DNA from: a candidate division WOR-3 bacterium
GTDB lineage: Bacteria; Hydrothermota; Tepidihabitantia; Tepidihabitantales; CAIPLT01
Direction of reading: 5' to 3'
Assembly (NCBI GenBank): GCA_039801505.1
Contig: JBDRUV010000005.1
Span: forward strand, 19,247-83,246
DNA length: 64,000 nt
Positions 40,554 to 51,713 of the stretch are shown piece after piece (the stretch's first letter is position 1; each line of letters starts with the position of its first letter). The notes under the pieces were generated by a model, which had not been told where the DNA came from, searched no databases, and saw only the letters and a program-made list of their open reading frames with translations. The translations under genes were made by a program, and so were the position numbers.

Positions 40554-42221
40554 TTGGCCAAGAAGACACGTACTCGCAAAATAAACAAGAAAACTAAATC
40601 CCAACCTTGTAATATCGAAATTATTAATCGGTGTGTAATCAACGACCGGACAATCTCGGGTTTGCCGATTAAAATTGTGTATGTGCCGCAGGATATTGCC
40701 AATCTCGATTATGAGCGCGATTTAGGAATGCCTGGTAAGTATCCTTTTACTCGAGGCATTCGCGAGACGATGTATCGAGGTCGGCTATGGACCATGCGCC
40801 AGTTTTCCGGCTTTGGCACAGCCAAGGATACCAACAAGCGCTACAAGTTTTTATTGGCACATGGTGAGACCGGGCTCTCGGTGGCTTTTGATTTTCCAAC
40901 CTTATACGGACGAGATTCAGATGATCCGTTAAGCCGCGGTGAAGTTGGCAAATGCGGAGTGGCGGTTTCCTCGTTGGCGGACATGGAAACTCTTTTTGAA
41001 GATATCCCATTAGATAAAGTTTCAACCTCGATGACGATTAACGGTCCAGCTGCAGTAATCTGGGCATTTTACATCGTGACTGCTGAGAAACAAGGGGTTA
41101 AATCGCACCTCTTACGCGGCACAATTCAAAACGATATTTTAAAAGAATATATTGCTCAGAAATCTTGGCTTTTTCCACCTCAGCCCTCAATGCGCATCAT
41201 TACCGATATTATGGCCTTTGCGGCTAAAGAAGTGCCTAAGTGGAACACAATCTCAATCTCCGGCTATCATATTCGGGAAGCCGGCTCAACCGCTGTGCAG
41301 GAGCTAGCCTTTACTCTAAAAGATGGTTTTACCTATGTGGAGGAGGGTATTAAAGCCGGTTTGGATGTTGATACTTTTGCCCCGAGACTTTCGTTTTTCT
41401 TTAACTCGCACCTAGATTTCTTTGAAGAAATTGCCAAGTTTCGAGCTGCTCGCCGAATTTGGGCTCGAGAGATGCGCAATACTTATAAAGCTCAGAAAGA
41501 AGAATCCTGGTTGATGCGTTTTCATACTCAAACCGCTGGCTGTAGTTTGACTGCCCAGCAACCTGAGAATAATATTGTGCGCACTGCTTACGAAGCTTTA
41601 GCCGCAGTTTTAGGTGGTACGCAAAGTCTTCATACCAATTCCATGGACGAAACTTGGGCATTACCTACCGAAAAAGCGGTCTTAATTGCCTTACGCACTC
41701 AGCAAATCTTAGCCTATGAGACTGGCGTTGCCAATGTTATTGACCCCTTAGGTGGTTCCTATTATATTGAAGCCTTAACAAATAAATTAGAAGAAGAAGC
41801 CTATAAATATTTCAAGAAAATCGATGAACTTGGAGGAATGATTAAGGCGATAGAGATGGGGTATCCGCAACGCGAGATCGCTAATGCTGCTTATGAATAT
41901 CAAAAGGCAATTGAGGAGAAACGGCGAATCCTTGTTGGCGTCAATGATTTTATAATTCCCGATGAGGTCCTGGAAATCCCGATTCTAAAAATCGATCCTC
42001 GAGTGGAAGAAGAACAATGCCGACGTCTTCGCGAACTGAGACGCAAGCGCGATAATAATAAGGTCCAAAAGACCTTAAAGGAACTTAAAAAGGTCGCGCA
42101 GAGTAAAGAAAATATTATGTATCCAATTTTAGATTGTGCTCGAGCCTATGCGACCTTGGGCGAGATTTGTGGCGTCTTAAAAGAAGTTTTTGGGGTGTAT
42201 AAAGAACCAGTAATGTTTTAA
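40554..42221 (+). CDS. Methylmalonyl-CoA mutase, catalytic (N-terminal TIM-barrel) subunit; TTG start
   Basis: 555 aa with full-length similarity to the MCM large-subunit substrate-binding domain ([24 protein letters not shown]). AAGGAGGG Shine-Dalgarno before a TTG start at 40554. Confidence 0.9.
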   Translation: MAKKTRTRKINKKTKSQPCNIEIINRCVINDRTISGLPIKIVYVPQDIANLDYERDLGMPGKYPFTRGIRETMYRGRLWTMRQFSGFGTAKDTNKRYKFLLAHGETGLSVAFDFPTLYGRDSDDPLSRGEVGKCGVAVSSLADMETLFEDIPLDKVSTSMTINGPAAVIWAFYIVTAEKQGVKSHLLRGTIQNDILKEYIAQKSWLFPPQPSMRIITDIMAFAAKEVPKWNTISISGYHIREAGSTAVQELAFTLKDGFTYVEEGIKAGLDVDTFAPRLSFFFNSHLDFFEEIAKFRAARRIWAREMRNTYKAQKEESWLMRFHTQTAGCSLTAQQPENNIVRTAYEALAAVLGGTQSLHTNSMDETWALPTEKAVLIALRTQQILAYETGVANVIDPLGGSYYIEALTNKLEEEAYKYFKKIDELGGMIKAIEMGYPQREIANAAYEYQKAIEEKRRILVGVNDFIIPDEVLEIPILKIDPRVEEEQCRRLRELRRKRDNNKVQKTLKELKKVAQSKENIMYPILDCARAYATLGEICGVLKEVFGVYKEPVMF

Positions 42222-42234
42222 GGGGAGGGTAGCT

Positions 42235-42633
42235 ATGAAAAAGATAAGAATTCTGATTGCGAAACCAGGTTTAGATGGTCATGACCGTGGTGCTAAGGTT
42301 GTGGCCCGAGCCTTGCGCGATGCTGGTTTTGAGGTTATTTATACTGGTTTACATCAGACCCCGGAGATGATTGTTAATACCGCAATTCAAGAAGACGTTG
42401 ATGCTATCGGCCTTTCGATACTATCCGGAGCACACATGACGATTTTTCCTGAGGTGCTTAAATTGCTTAAGAAGAAAAAAGCCACCGATATTCTGCTTTT
42501 CGGTGGTGGCATTATTCCTGAGGATGACAAAAAGAAGCTATATAAATTAGGCATCGGTCGACTATTTGGTCCGGGTACCGATACGAAAGAAATTATTGAT
42601 TATTTGAAAGAATATTTTAAAATCACAGATTAA
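42235..42633 (+). CDS. Methylmalonyl-CoA mutase, B12-binding (C-terminal) subunit
   Basis: 132 aa with the DxHxxG cobalamin-binding motif ([12 protein letters not shown]). GGGGAGGG Shine-Dalgarno. Confidence 0.85.
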   Translation: MKKIRILIAKPGLDGHDRGAKVVARALRDAGFEVIYTGLHQTPEMIVNTAIQEDVDAIGLSILSGAHMTIFPEVLKLLKKKKATDILLFGGGIIPEDDKKKLYKLGIGRLFGPGTDTKEIIDYLKEYFKITD

Positions 42634-42660
42634 ATAACAAAATCTCTCTAGAAGGCACAT

Positions 42661-44211
42661 ATGCGAATGGATGATGCCATTAGGAAACTTAATGAGCTTA
42701 GAAAAGAAGCAGAACTCGGTGGTGGCGAGGATAAGATAAAAAAACAACACGAGCAAGGGAAATTAACAGCTCGCGAACGGATTGATTATTTAGTCGATTC
42801 TGGAAGTTTCATAGAGTTTGATGCTTTTGTGACGCATCGGATTTACGATTTTGGTATGCAAGAACGCAAGATTTTAGGCGATGGTGTTGTAAGTGGTGTA
42901 GCCAAAATTGCTGGCCGGGATGTTGCGATATTTTCTCATGATTTTACAGTATTTGGTGGCACCTTATCTGAGGCTTTCGGTCTTAAGGTGATGAAAATAA
43001 TGGATCTAGCCTTAAAATTAGGTATTCCGATAATTGGGCTGAATGATTCCGGTGGGGCTCGCATCCAAGAAGGAGTGGTGAGCCTAGCTGCTTATGCCGA
43101 GATTTTCTGGCGCAACACTCAAGCTTCAGGGGTGATCCCGCAGATTTCGGCAATTATGGGTCCTTGTGCTGGTGGTGCCGTATATTCCCCGGCGCTAACT
43201 GATTTTATCTTTATGGTGAGAAAGACCAGTTATATGTTTATTACCGGGCCAGAGGTTGTAAAAGCTGTAACCCATGAAGATGTGACCTTTGATGAACTAG
43301 GCGGGGCTGAGATTCATGCCACGAAATCTGGCATTGCTCATTTTGTGTATGACAATGATCAAGAATGTTTAGATGGTATTAAGAAGCTTCTCTCGTATCT
43401 ACCCCAAAATAATTTAGAAGACCCACCTGAAGTGACAAGTGAAGATGATCCAGAACGGGAAGTGCCTGAGCTTAACGAAGTTATTCCTGACGACTCTAAT
43501 AAGCCATATGTAATGCGCAATGTGATTCTAAAAATTGTGGACTATGACTCATTTTTTGAAGTGCACAAAGATTATGCTCCGAATATTATCGTTGGTTTTG
43601 CTCGCCTGGATGGCGAGGTGGTGGGAATTGTTGCCCAGGAGCCTTCGATCATGGCCGGAGTGTTAGATATTCACTCCTCGATTAAAGCCGCTCGGTTTAT
43701 TAGATTTTGTGACTGCTTTAATATTCCGATTATTACCTTTGAAGATGTGCCCGGTTTTTTGCCCGGTGTAAGTCAGGAACATGGGGGTATTATCAAGCAT
43801 GGAGCTAAATTACTTTATGCCTATTGCGAAGCCACTGTGCCAAAAATTACGGTGATTACCCGGAAATCATATGGTGGCGCCTATTGTGTATTAGGTTCTA
43901 AGCAGGTTCGGGCTGATATTAATCTAGCTTGGCCAACAGCCGAACTTGCGGTAATGGGACCAGAGGGTGCCGTGAATATCATTTTTCGCAAAGAGTTGGC
44001 TGAGGCGCAAAATCCTCAGGAACTTCGTCAAAAGTTAATCGAAGAATACCGCAATAAATTTGCTAATCCTTATGTTGCGGCAAGCCGGGGCTATATCGAC
44101 GATATTATTGAGCCAGCTAAGACCCGTAAAGAGTTAATTAAGTATCTTAAATTATTAAGAACCAAACGCGAGCGGACTCCGCCGCGCAAACACGGGAATA
44201 TTCCTTTGTAA
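42661..44211 (+). CDS. Acyl-CoA carboxyltransferase (methylmalonyl-CoA decarboxylase alpha / propionyl-CoA carboxylase beta-type, 12S)
   Basis: 516 aa with duplicated crotonase-like carboxyltransferase domains ([32 protein letters not shown]). Confidence 0.85.
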   Translation: MRMDDAIRKLNELRKEAELGGGEDKIKKQHEQGKLTARERIDYLVDSGSFIEFDAFVTHRIYDFGMQERKILGDGVVSGVAKIAGRDVAIFSHDFTVFGGTLSEAFGLKVMKIMDLALKLGIPIIGLNDSGGARIQEGVVSLAAYAEIFWRNTQASGVIPQISAIMGPCAGGAVYSPALTDFIFMVRKTSYMFITGPEVVKAVTHEDVTFDELGGAEIHATKSGIAHFVYDNDQECLDGIKKLLSYLPQNNLEDPPEVTSEDDPEREVPELNEVIPDDSNKPYVMRNVILKIVDYDSFFEVHKDYAPNIIVGFARLDGEVVGIVAQEPSIMAGVLDIHSSIKAARFIRFCDCFNIPIITFEDVPGFLPGVSQEHGGIIKHGAKLLYAYCEATVPKITVITRKSYGGAYCVLGSKQVRADINLAWPTAELAVMGPEGAVNIIFRKELAEAQNPQELRQKLIEEYRNKFANPYVAASRGYIDDIIEPAKTRKELIKYLKLLRTKRERTPPRKHGNIPL

Positions 44212-44223
44212 TAAGGAGGCATT

Positions 44224-45717
44224 ATGGCCAAGATATATTATAACCTAATCGGTGGTAAATATAAACCAGCTAATTCTGGTAAAACTTATAAAAATATTAA
44301 TCCTGCTAATACCGACGATGTTATTGGTCTTTTTCCACTCTCTGACGAAACCGACGTGTATGAAGCCGTCGAAGCAGCCAAAAAAGCCTACGAGAAGTGG
44401 CGTAAAGTGCCGGCTCCGAAACGCGGAGAGATTATCCGGCGAGCCACCGAGATTTTAATTAAGCGCAAGGAAGAACTAGCTCGACTGATGACCCGCGAGA
44501 TGGGTAAGGTGTTAAAAGAGACCCGGGGCGATGTGCAGGAAGCGATTGATACTGGGCTTTATGCGGCCGGTGAAGGCCGGAGGCTTTTCTCGTATACGGT
44601 ACCCTCGGAATTGCCCAATAAAATGGGGTTTGTGATTCGCCAACCGATGGGTGTTTGGGGCATCATTACACCGTGGAACTTTCCGATGGCGATTCCTTCC
44701 TGGAAGATCTTTCCGGCAATCTTGTGTGGTAATACCGTAGTCTTTAAGCCAGCCACTTATACTCCAGCTAGTGCTCACGAGTTTGTGCGGGCCTTAGTCG
44801 AAGCTGGTTTGCCTGATGGCGTAGTAAATATCGTGTATGGCTCGGGCGGTGCGGTTGGGGAGGCAATTATTAATCATCCTGATATCTGCGGCGTCAGTTT
44901 TACCGGTTCATCTGAAGTTGGCAAGCGGATTGCCGAGGTCTGCGGCAAGACTTTAAAGCGCTGTTCATTAGAGCTGGGCGGCAAGAATGCTCAGATTGTA
45001 ATGGATGATGCTGACTTAGAGTTAGCCTTAGATGGTGTTCTTTGGGGGGCATTTGGGACGACCGGTCAACGCTGCACAGCAACCTCACGTCTCATCTTAC
45101 ACGAAAAGATTTACAATAAATTTTTAGCCATGCTGAAAGAACGTACTGAAAGATTACGGGTTGGTGATGGTCTGGACGAGAAGACCGAGGTCGGACCATG
45201 TGTTTCTGAGGCGCAGCGCGAGACTGTGCATAAATATGTTCAGATTGGTCTAGAAGAAGGAGCCAAACTAGTTTGCGGTGGAAAACCCTTGACTAGTGGT
45301 AAGTATAAAAAAGGCTATTTCTATGCGCCAACAATTTTTGCTGATGTTAAACCGCAGATGCGCATTGCTCAGGAAGAGATCTTCGGGCCAGTGCTTTCAG
45401 TCATTAAAGTAAAAAGCTTTGATGAAGCGATCACTGTGCTTAATAACACAAGGTACGGACTTTCCTCATCGATCTATACTAAAAACATTAACTTGGCGAT
45501 GCGGGCAATTGAGAATATCGAAGCCGGTATCACTTATGTCAATGCGCCAACCATCGGTGCGGAATGCCATTATCCTTTTGGTGGTGTTAAAGAGACCGGT
45601 AACGGTCATCGCGAGGGTGGTTGGACAGTTTATGATATCTTCTCCGAGCTAAAGACTGTGTATATTGACTATTCGGGTAGTCTTCAGAAGGCCCAGATTG
45701 ATACCTGGAAAGATTAG
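44224..45717 (+). CDS. NAD(P)-dependent aldehyde dehydrogenase
   Basis: 497 aa with ALDH signatures (ELGGKN, catalytic GQRCTA) and an AAGGAGG Shine-Dalgarno site. Confidence 0.8.
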   Translation: MAKIYYNLIGGKYKPANSGKTYKNINPANTDDVIGLFPLSDETDVYEAVEAAKKAYEKWRKVPAPKRGEIIRRATEILIKRKEELARLMTREMGKVLKETRGDVQEAIDTGLYAAGEGRRLFSYTVPSELPNKMGFVIRQPMGVWGIITPWNFPMAIPSWKIFPAILCGNTVVFKPATYTPASAHEFVRALVEAGLPDGVVNIVYGSGGAVGEAIINHPDICGVSFTGSSEVGKRIAEVCGKTLKRCSLELGGKNAQIVMDDADLELALDGVLWGAFGTTGQRCTATSRLILHEKIYNKFLAMLKERTERLRVGDGLDEKTEVGPCVSEAQRETVHKYVQIGLEEGAKLVCGGKPLTSGKYKKGYFYAPTIFADVKPQMRIAQEEIFGPVLSVIKVKSFDEAITVLNNTRYGLSSSIYTKNINLAMRAIENIEAGITYVNAPTIGAECHYPFGGVKETGNGHREGGWTVYDIFSELKTVYIDYSGSLQKAQIDTWKD

Positions 45718-45873
45718 ACTAATTAAACGATCCTAGAAAACCTAGGTTAACACTCAAATTTCTAAAGGCGAGCCGCACGCGCTTATAAGCTAAGCGTTAA
45801 GTTGTTTCATACTAGGTTTTCGCTATACAAAATGTTATAAGAACCGTCCCTATTTTAATAAGCATAAATTGTC

Positions 45874-45927
45874 CTAGGGGACCATCCCCGGGACGCTTAC
45901 CGGTAGCATCCCCGAGACCGTAGGTAA
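45874..45927. repeat. GC-rich palindromic intergenic element, copy D, opposite orientation (CTAGGGGACCATCCCCGGGACGCTTACCGGTAGCATCCCCGAGACCGTAGGTAAG)
   Basis: Aligns to the reverse complement of copy E over GACCATCCCC...ACGCTTACC...CTACGGTC. Contains the 6-bp CTTACC/GGTAAG inverted repeat. Confidence 0.55.
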
Positions 45928-45981
45928 GAAAAGATGGGGCAGAGCCGGGACTTGAGCGTGATCTTTTTTAGGGTTTTTCCC

Positions 45982-46003
45982 AACCGAAAATCGGTTTTAT
46001 TTA
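45982..46003 (+). terminator. Intrinsic terminator-like hairpin AACCGAAAATCGGTT followed by TTATTTAT
   Basis: Perfect 6-bp stem with a 3-nt loop and a T-rich tail on the plus strand, about 265 nt after the ALDH stop and about 55 nt after repeat copy D. Confidence 0.4.
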
Positions 46004-46032
46004 TCCGAAGTCCCAGAATCTCTGCCCGCATT

Positions 46033-47622
46033 TTATAGCCACTTTATAATTTTGCCCTTAGGGTATTCTAGATAATATTCTAAATTAACCTCGAATCGCG
46101 CTTGCGGGGCGACCTTTTTAGTCCACGTATACGTGCCTAATTCTTTGTTTTCTTCATAACCTGAGGGTTCAACTTTTATGACCTTGACCTCTAGATCCTT
46201 GTGTTCTGAGATTGGAACCTGTTCGGTGAGTTTTATGTTAATCTCTTTCGGATAATAATTCTCAAGTAATGTGCGATAACTGAACTCTTCGCGAATTCTT
46301 TTAGCAAATAGCCCAACTTCTGAAGTAAATCTTCTAACCTGTTCCCGCTTAACTTTGACTCGGGAATCGGTCCCAAAACTTAAATAAAGCGACTCCTGCG
46401 GATTTATCGTGGGTAGAAAAGTTTTTCCGGTATACTCCGTGCCGACATAGGTGCTAACTTCCCCAGGTAGAAGAATATACTCAGAAGTATTCTGGGCTTT
46501 GCCCGACAAGAACACAAGCTCAACCGCTTTCGGGTAGGCAAAATATTCGAATTCAGCCGGCACCTTGAAGCTGGTTACTAGAAACTTTTTGGCCGGCTCA
46601 CCAGATTTTACGGTAATTTTACCAGCTAAGGCATAGCGGAGCGAAATACCCGTTTCAACCGGACCAACCGGTTCGGCTTTAGCTTCTAAACTCATTGGAG
46701 CTTCAGTTATCATGGCTCGTTGTTGTTTGACTAAAACTGGAGTTTCTTTCTCAGCCAAAGTAATTCGCCAGGGATAGATCTCCGGCAAGAAACTGATCGG
46801 CGGGGCTTGGAGCGTCGTCAGGATCACCCTTGTTTCCTCCCAATCCTCACCGGTGCGTTGGCTGATTTTGGCATAATAGGCAACCTCGATCTCACTACTG
46901 GCCGGTTGGGCTCGGAGTTCGTAATACACCTGCCAATTAGAGCCATAGGGTATTATATAGGATAGACCGATTGAATAACTATCGTAAGTCTTACTTTCTA
47001 GCTCCGCGTACAAGTCCTTGCGGTTTTCGATGACGGCTTGAATTTCTTCAAGCTCTTTACGCCAGCTATCAAGTTTCTTTTTATATTCCGCTTTTAAGCT
47101 TAGAATCTCTAGGGAACGTTTTTTGATTTTACTAAACTCTGTGGCCAGAAAATTTAAGGCTTCACTCCAAGCCTGAGGGGCAATTTTTGCCCCCTGGAGT
47201 TCTTTACTAATAATTTCTGGGGCAGCTAATTTTATCGAATTTAGAAACTGTTCTTGGGCCTCTAGGATCTTCTCTTCATTAGTCAGCGCCTTTTCTTTTT
47301 CTTCATACAGTTTGATGCTATCTTTTAGTTCTTTGACCCGACCCGTGGGTGTTTCTAAATAACTCCGTTTAATTAAGATTTCGCCAATTTTTAATCGCTC
47401 TGCGGTAAGACGCACCGAGTTGTCATCAAGTATGCCCGAGAGATCAGGAATTCGTATCGAGGCCACACCTTCAAAGCTAATCTGACCGCTCCGAAAGACC
47501 CAGGCCCGATCCGGATATAAGATTACCGAGTCTACTTTCGTGTTAACCGTAATTGCGCCATAGCTGCGCGAGATAAAAATAAGATTTATTGCCAATACCA
47601 ACAATGCTAAAAACTTTCTCAT
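46033..47622 (-). CDS. Secreted DUF4140/DUF4139-family protein (mucoidy-inhibitor MuiA-like)
   Basis: Signal peptide, an N-terminal YPDRAWVFRSG region, a central coiled coil and a C-terminal domain as in the TIGR02231 / DUF4139 architecture. 529 aa. Confidence 0.5.
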   Translation of the reverse strand: MRKFLALLVLAINLIFISRSYGAITVNTKVDSVILYPDRAWVFRSGQISFEGVASIRIPDLSGILDDNSVRLTAERLKIGEILIKRSYLETPTGRVKELKDSIKLYEEKEKALTNEEKILEAQEQFLNSIKLAAPEIISKELQGAKIAPQAWSEALNFLATEFSKIKKRSLEILSLKAEYKKKLDSWRKELEEIQAVIENRKDLYAELESKTYDSYSIGLSYIIPYGSNWQVYYELRAQPASSEIEVAYYAKISQRTGEDWEETRVILTTLQAPPISFLPEIYPWRITLAEKETPVLVKQQRAMITEAPMSLEAKAEPVGPVETGISLRYALAGKITVKSGEPAKKFLVTSFKVPAEFEYFAYPKAVELVFLSGKAQNTSEYILLPGEVSTYVGTEYTGKTFLPTINPQESLYLSFGTDSRVKVKREQVRRFTSEVGLFAKRIREEFSYRTLLENYYPKEINIKLTEQVPISEHKDLEVKVIKVEPSGYEENKELGTYTWTKKVAPQARFEVNLEYYLEYPKGKIIKWL

Positions 47623-47640
47623 TTTATTTTATGCTCCAAT

Positions 47641-48432
47641 CTAATCTTGATAATAAAGGTCGGGTCGGCGGTCCTTAAAGATATTATTGTACTTAGTGAC
47701 ATTCTTATTCGCAGCCAGTTTGTGATAGACATTAATAATCTGAACTTCTTCATTATCCGGACCAGCTTTGGCTAAAATTTCACCGGTGGGACTGATAATT
47801 TGACTTCGGCCCCAGAATTGCAGTTGCTTTTTGCCGATTTTTTCAAAACCCACACGATTCGCCATAATAAAGAACACTCGGTTTTCAATTGCCCGGCTGA
47901 TTGTGACCCGCTCGCCAAACGGCAGAATAAGATTCGCCGGATGACAGATAATTTCAGCTCCGTCTAAGGCCAAAGAGCGCGTAGCTTCAGGAAACATATA
48001 GTCAAAACAGATGATAATACCTAATTTAGTATTCTTATAATTTACGGCCCGATATTTGAAATTACCGGGCTTAAAAATTAATTTCTCTTCAAAGAAGAGA
48101 TGTGCTTTGCGGTAGGTATAAACCTTACCCTGTGGGGTTACCAGCACCGCCGAATTATATAGATTATTCTGCTCTTTTTCGGCAAGTCCACAGACAATAG
48201 CAAAATTCTTTTTCTGGGCAATTTTTAGTAGCAGTTGTGTTGTTTCACCCTCAGGAATTTTTTCAGCCAGAGGTAAAAGAGCAGCCCGCGATTTAAATAG
48301 ATAACCAGTAGTAGCTAGTTCTGGTAGCACAATTAAATCAGTATTAAGGCCATTAAGGGTGCGCTCAATTTTTTCTAAATTGGCGACCTTATTACCAAGC
48401 ACCGGTGCAAATTGATAGAAACCAATTCTCAT
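47641..48432 (-). CDS. Carbon-nitrogen hydrolase family protein (nitrilase/amidase superfamily)
   Basis: 263 aa with the CN-hydrolase Glu-Lys-Cys catalytic triad context (LIVLPEL, YRKAHLF, IIICFD). Confidence 0.8.
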   Translation of the reverse strand: MRIGFYQFAPVLGNKVANLEKIERTLNGLNTDLIVLPELATTGYLFKSRAALLPLAEKIPEGETTQLLLKIAQKKNFAIVCGLAEKEQNNLYNSAVLVTPQGKVYTYRKAHLFFEEKLIFKPGNFKYRAVNYKNTKLGIIICFDYMFPEATRSLALDGAEIICHPANLILPFGERVTISRAIENRVFFIMANRVGFEKIGKKQLQFWGRSQIISPTGEILAKAGPDNEEVQIINVYHKLAANKNVTKYNNIFKDRRPDLYYQD

Positions 48433-48471
48433 AACACCTCACTTTTATAATATATTATACACAAAAAACTC

Positions 48472-49350
48472 CTAAATGTGAAGTTTTGTTGTGCGTGATT
48501 CAAAACCTTTTCCTAATACCTCGTAGACATCAGTAATAACCACAAAAGCATTTGGGTCAATACTTTTGGTAAGATTTACTAGCTCAGCAACTTGCCGTTT
48601 CGCTAAGACAACATAAAGCACATCCCGTGGGGTATTAGAATAAGCACCAACTCCGTGCAGCTTGGTGACGCCTCGACGGATTTGCGTAAGAATAGCTTGA
48701 GCGATTTCGTCAGTTTTGTCTGAGACAATAAATGCCGCTCGGGTATAACTCATGCCTTCTAAGACTAGATCAATAATTTTTGTTGAGAAAAATAGCGTCA
48801 GATAACCATAAAGCGCTAGCTCAAAATTGCGAAAAGCAATTCCCGAAAGAGATATGATACAAAAATCAACGGCTAAAATTGAATTGCCAGTGGAAAAATT
48901 GGAATAACGCGTGATCACCTGACCGATAATATCCGTGCCACCAGTCGAAGCACCACCTCGGAAGATTAATCCTAACCCAATTCCCAGGGTCACTCCACCA
49001 TACAGACAAGCCAGAATTTTATTATTAGTAGCGGAGGATAGGGGTAGGAAGTACGTAAAAAAATCGATGAAGAAGCTTGAGAGTAATACTCCAACAACTG
49101 ACTTGATCATAAATAACTGTCCGATAACTTTGGCCCCGGCAAGAAAAATTGGGATATTAAGAATCACAATAACGAGGCCGATCGGCGTATGAAAGAAATA
49201 ATTAATAACCAAAGAAACTCCCGAGATACCTCCGGGGACAATTTGATGAGGAATTAAGAATAAAACATAAGCCAAGGCGTAAATAATACTACCAATAACT
49301 GTAAGAATTAGATTTTTAGTTTCAAAAAGAATTTTTGTGCGACTAAGCAT
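48472..49350 (-). CDS. YitT-family membrane protein (DUF161 plus DUF2179)
   Basis: 292 aa with multiple TM helices and a YitT-type C-terminal DUF2179 domain. Confidence 0.7.
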   Translation of the reverse strand: MLSRTKILFETKNLILTVIGSIIYALAYVLFLIPHQIVPGGISGVSLVINYFFHTPIGLVIVILNIPIFLAGAKVIGQLFMIKSVVGVLLSSFFIDFFTYFLPLSSATNNKILACLYGGVTLGIGLGLIFRGGASTGGTDIIGQVITRYSNFSTGNSILAVDFCIISLSGIAFRNFELALYGYLTLFFSTKIIDLVLEGMSYTRAAFIVSDKTDEIAQAILTQIRRGVTKLHGVGAYSNTPRDVLYVVLAKRQVAELVNLTKSIDPNAFVVITDVYEVLGKGFESRTTKLHI

Positions 49351-49356
49351 TAAAGG

Positions 49357-50451
49357 TTACTTGCTAGCCAATTTACGATAACTAAGCCTTATGGCTCGTA
49401 GTGCTAAAGCTAGATCATTTTTTGTCACATTACCCATATGGCCAATTCGAACAATTTTATCTCTCAGTTCTTGTTGGCCATTGGCCAAAAGGATCTGATA
49501 ATGTTTTTTGATATGATTGATTAATTTATGGCTAGGAAGTTTTTCCGGCATTTTAATTACCGTGAGGGCATTAGATGGGGACTCGGCAAATAGCTCTAGT
49601 CCTGATTCTGTAACTGATTTTCGAACAAACTGGGCAAGATTTTGGTAATAACGCCAAGCGGCTTCAATACCTTTTTTATTGATTTTGCGTAAGGCCAAAA
49701 GTAATGCGTAAAACAGAGAAATCGCTGGCGTCCAAGGTGTTTGGTTCTTGGCAGCAAAATTCTCGGCGATTCTTAAATCAAAATAATACCGTGGTGTGCG
49801 GATATTATGCACGCGTTCCCAGGCGAATTCCGAGACGGCCATAAACGAAAGGCCAGGCGGAAGACCTAAGGCTTTTTGGGTAGCCCCGACCGCAACGTCA
49901 ATATGCCAATCATCCATAAAAAATGGATCAGCTCCCAGACCGGCAATACAGTCTACTACCAATCGCCGATTTAGACGATGGCAAATTTCGCCGAATGCTT
50001 TGATATCTTGCATAACACCCGTGGAGGTTTCTGTTAAAGTTGTGTAGACGACACGTAAGGCATCATCGCTTTTAAGTTGGCGTTCCAGTTCTTCCGGTTT
50101 TACGGCCTGGCCATAAGGCACAAATAGACTACGGACTTGAATTCCATACCGAATCAGGATTTCCCGCCACCGTTCACCAAATTTTCCGCAACTAACAACC
50201 AAGACTCGTTCACCACGACCTACAAAATTTGTTACTGCCGCTTCCATGGCACCAGTTCCTGAGGCCGTAAAGACAAATACTCGGTTTTTGGTAACAAAGA
50301 GTTTTCGAAGTTCCGCAACTACTTCTTCATACAGTTTTTCAAAGGATTCTTCTCGATGGTAAACTAATGGTTTTGCCATTTCTTTAAGGACCGGACCAGA
50401 CACTGCTGTTGGGCCCGGCGTTAAAAGTAAATAAGGTTTAGGTTTTTTCAT
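49357..50451 (-). CDS. Class V aminotransferase (alanine-glyoxylate / serine-pyruvate aminotransferase family)
   Basis: 364 aa with a PLP-dependent fold-type I class V pattern (ASGTGAMEAA, TQKALGLPPGLSF). Confidence 0.75.
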   Translation of the reverse strand: MKKPKPYLLLTPGPTAVSGPVLKEMAKPLVYHREESFEKLYEEVVAELRKLFVTKNRVFVFTASGTGAMEAAVTNFVGRGERVLVVSCGKFGERWREILIRYGIQVRSLFVPYGQAVKPEELERQLKSDDALRVVYTTLTETSTGVMQDIKAFGEICHRLNRRLVVDCIAGLGADPFFMDDWHIDVAVGATQKALGLPPGLSFMAVSEFAWERVHNIRTPRYYFDLRIAENFAAKNQTPWTPAISLFYALLLALRKINKKGIEAAWRYYQNLAQFVRKSVTESGLELFAESPSNALTVIKMPEKLPSHKLINHIKKHYQILLANGQQELRDKIVRIGHMGNVTKNDLALALRAIRLSYRKLASK

Positions 50452-50456
50452 AACAT

Positions 50457-51713
50457 CTATTTTAAGATCTGCTTACTTTTTTTGATGGCACAGAACTCGC
50501 CGCACATTGTGCAGGTGCCATTTTGTTGTGCTGGCCGTAGATTAAAAATCTCTCGAGCCCGCTCCGGATCAATTGCCAATTTAATCATCTTTTGCCAATC
50601 TAATTCAGCTCGGGCTTTGGAGATTTCGTTATCCCAGTGTTGTGCCTCTTTGTGACCCCGGGCGATATCACCGGCATGGGCTGCAATTTTTGCTGCGATC
50701 ACTCCCAGTCGGACATCTTCAGCGGTCGGTAGCCCTAAATGCTCGGACGGTGTGACATAGCAGAGAAAATCAGCGCCATAATAACTGGCTAAAGCCCCAC
50801 CAATTGCTGCTGTGATGTGGTCATACCCACAGGCGATATCAGTTACTAATGGCCCTAAAACATAAAAAGGTGCATGGTCACAAACTAACTTTTCTAGTCG
50901 AACATTAGCTTCAATCTGATTTATCGGGATATGTCCTGGTCCTTCGACCATAACTTGCACCCCAGAACTGCGGGCTTTGGCTACTAGCTCCCCAATGGTT
51001 AATAGTTCTAAGATCTGGGGTTCGTCTGAGGCATCATGGATTGAGCCTGGGCGAAGGCCATCACCAAGGCTTAATGTCACATTATACTCTTTGGCTAAGG
51101 CTAAAAGTTCGTCATAATATTCATAGAGTGGATTTTCTTTCTTGTTATAACTCATCCATTCAATCATCATCGAACCACCGCGCGAGACTACTCGCGTAAG
51201 TCTTTTATCTAACCTGGTGCGCTGCAAAATATCTTTGGTAATGCCACAATGGACTGTAATAAAATCAACACCATCTTTTAGGTGCTCTTCAATCACCTGG
51301 AAAATTTCTTTGGGGGTAAGCTCGACAAAACTCTTTTTGTGCTCTCGGGCCCATACTTGTGCCTCATAGATTGGCACCGTGCCTACGGGAACTGTAGAAG
51401 CCTCAATGATTGCTTTTCTAATTTCTCTAATATCACCTCCGACTGATAGATCCATTACAGTATCGGTGCCATACTTAATGGCTACTTCTAATTTTTTTAG
51501 CTCTTTTTGTAAATCAGCCTCAGCTGGAGAAGTACCGATATTACAATTAATTTTAGTACGCAGACCCTTACCGATCGCCAGCGGCTCGATTTTTTTCGGC
51601 CGCTTTTTATTGTAAGGGATTACGATATGACCCAAATCAAATTCTTTTTTTAATTCCGTTAAGCTGATACCTTCTTTTTGGGCAATTTTTTTAAGTATTT
51701 TCTCGTTGGTCAT
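50457..51713 (-). CDS. thiC: Phosphomethylpyrimidine synthase
   Basis: 418 aa with full-length ThiC similarity and the C-terminal CTMCGEFCA radical-SAM cysteine cluster. Confidence 0.9.
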   Translation of the reverse strand: MTNEKILKKIAQKEGISLTELKKEFDLGHIVIPYNKKRPKKIEPLAIGKGLRTKINCNIGTSPAEADLQKELKKLEVAIKYGTDTVMDLSVGGDIREIRKAIIEASTVPVGTVPIYEAQVWAREHKKSFVELTPKEIFQVIEEHLKDGVDFITVHCGITKDILQRTRLDKRLTRVVSRGGSMMIEWMSYNKKENPLYEYYDELLALAKEYNVTLSLGDGLRPGSIHDASDEPQILELLTIGELVAKARSSGVQVMVEGPGHIPINQIEANVRLEKLVCDHAPFYVLGPLVTDIACGYDHITAAIGGALASYYGADFLCYVTPSEHLGLPTAEDVRLGVIAAKIAAHAGDIARGHKEAQHWDNEISKARAELDWQKMIKLAIDPERAREIFNLRPAQQNGTCTMCGEFCAIKKSKQILK

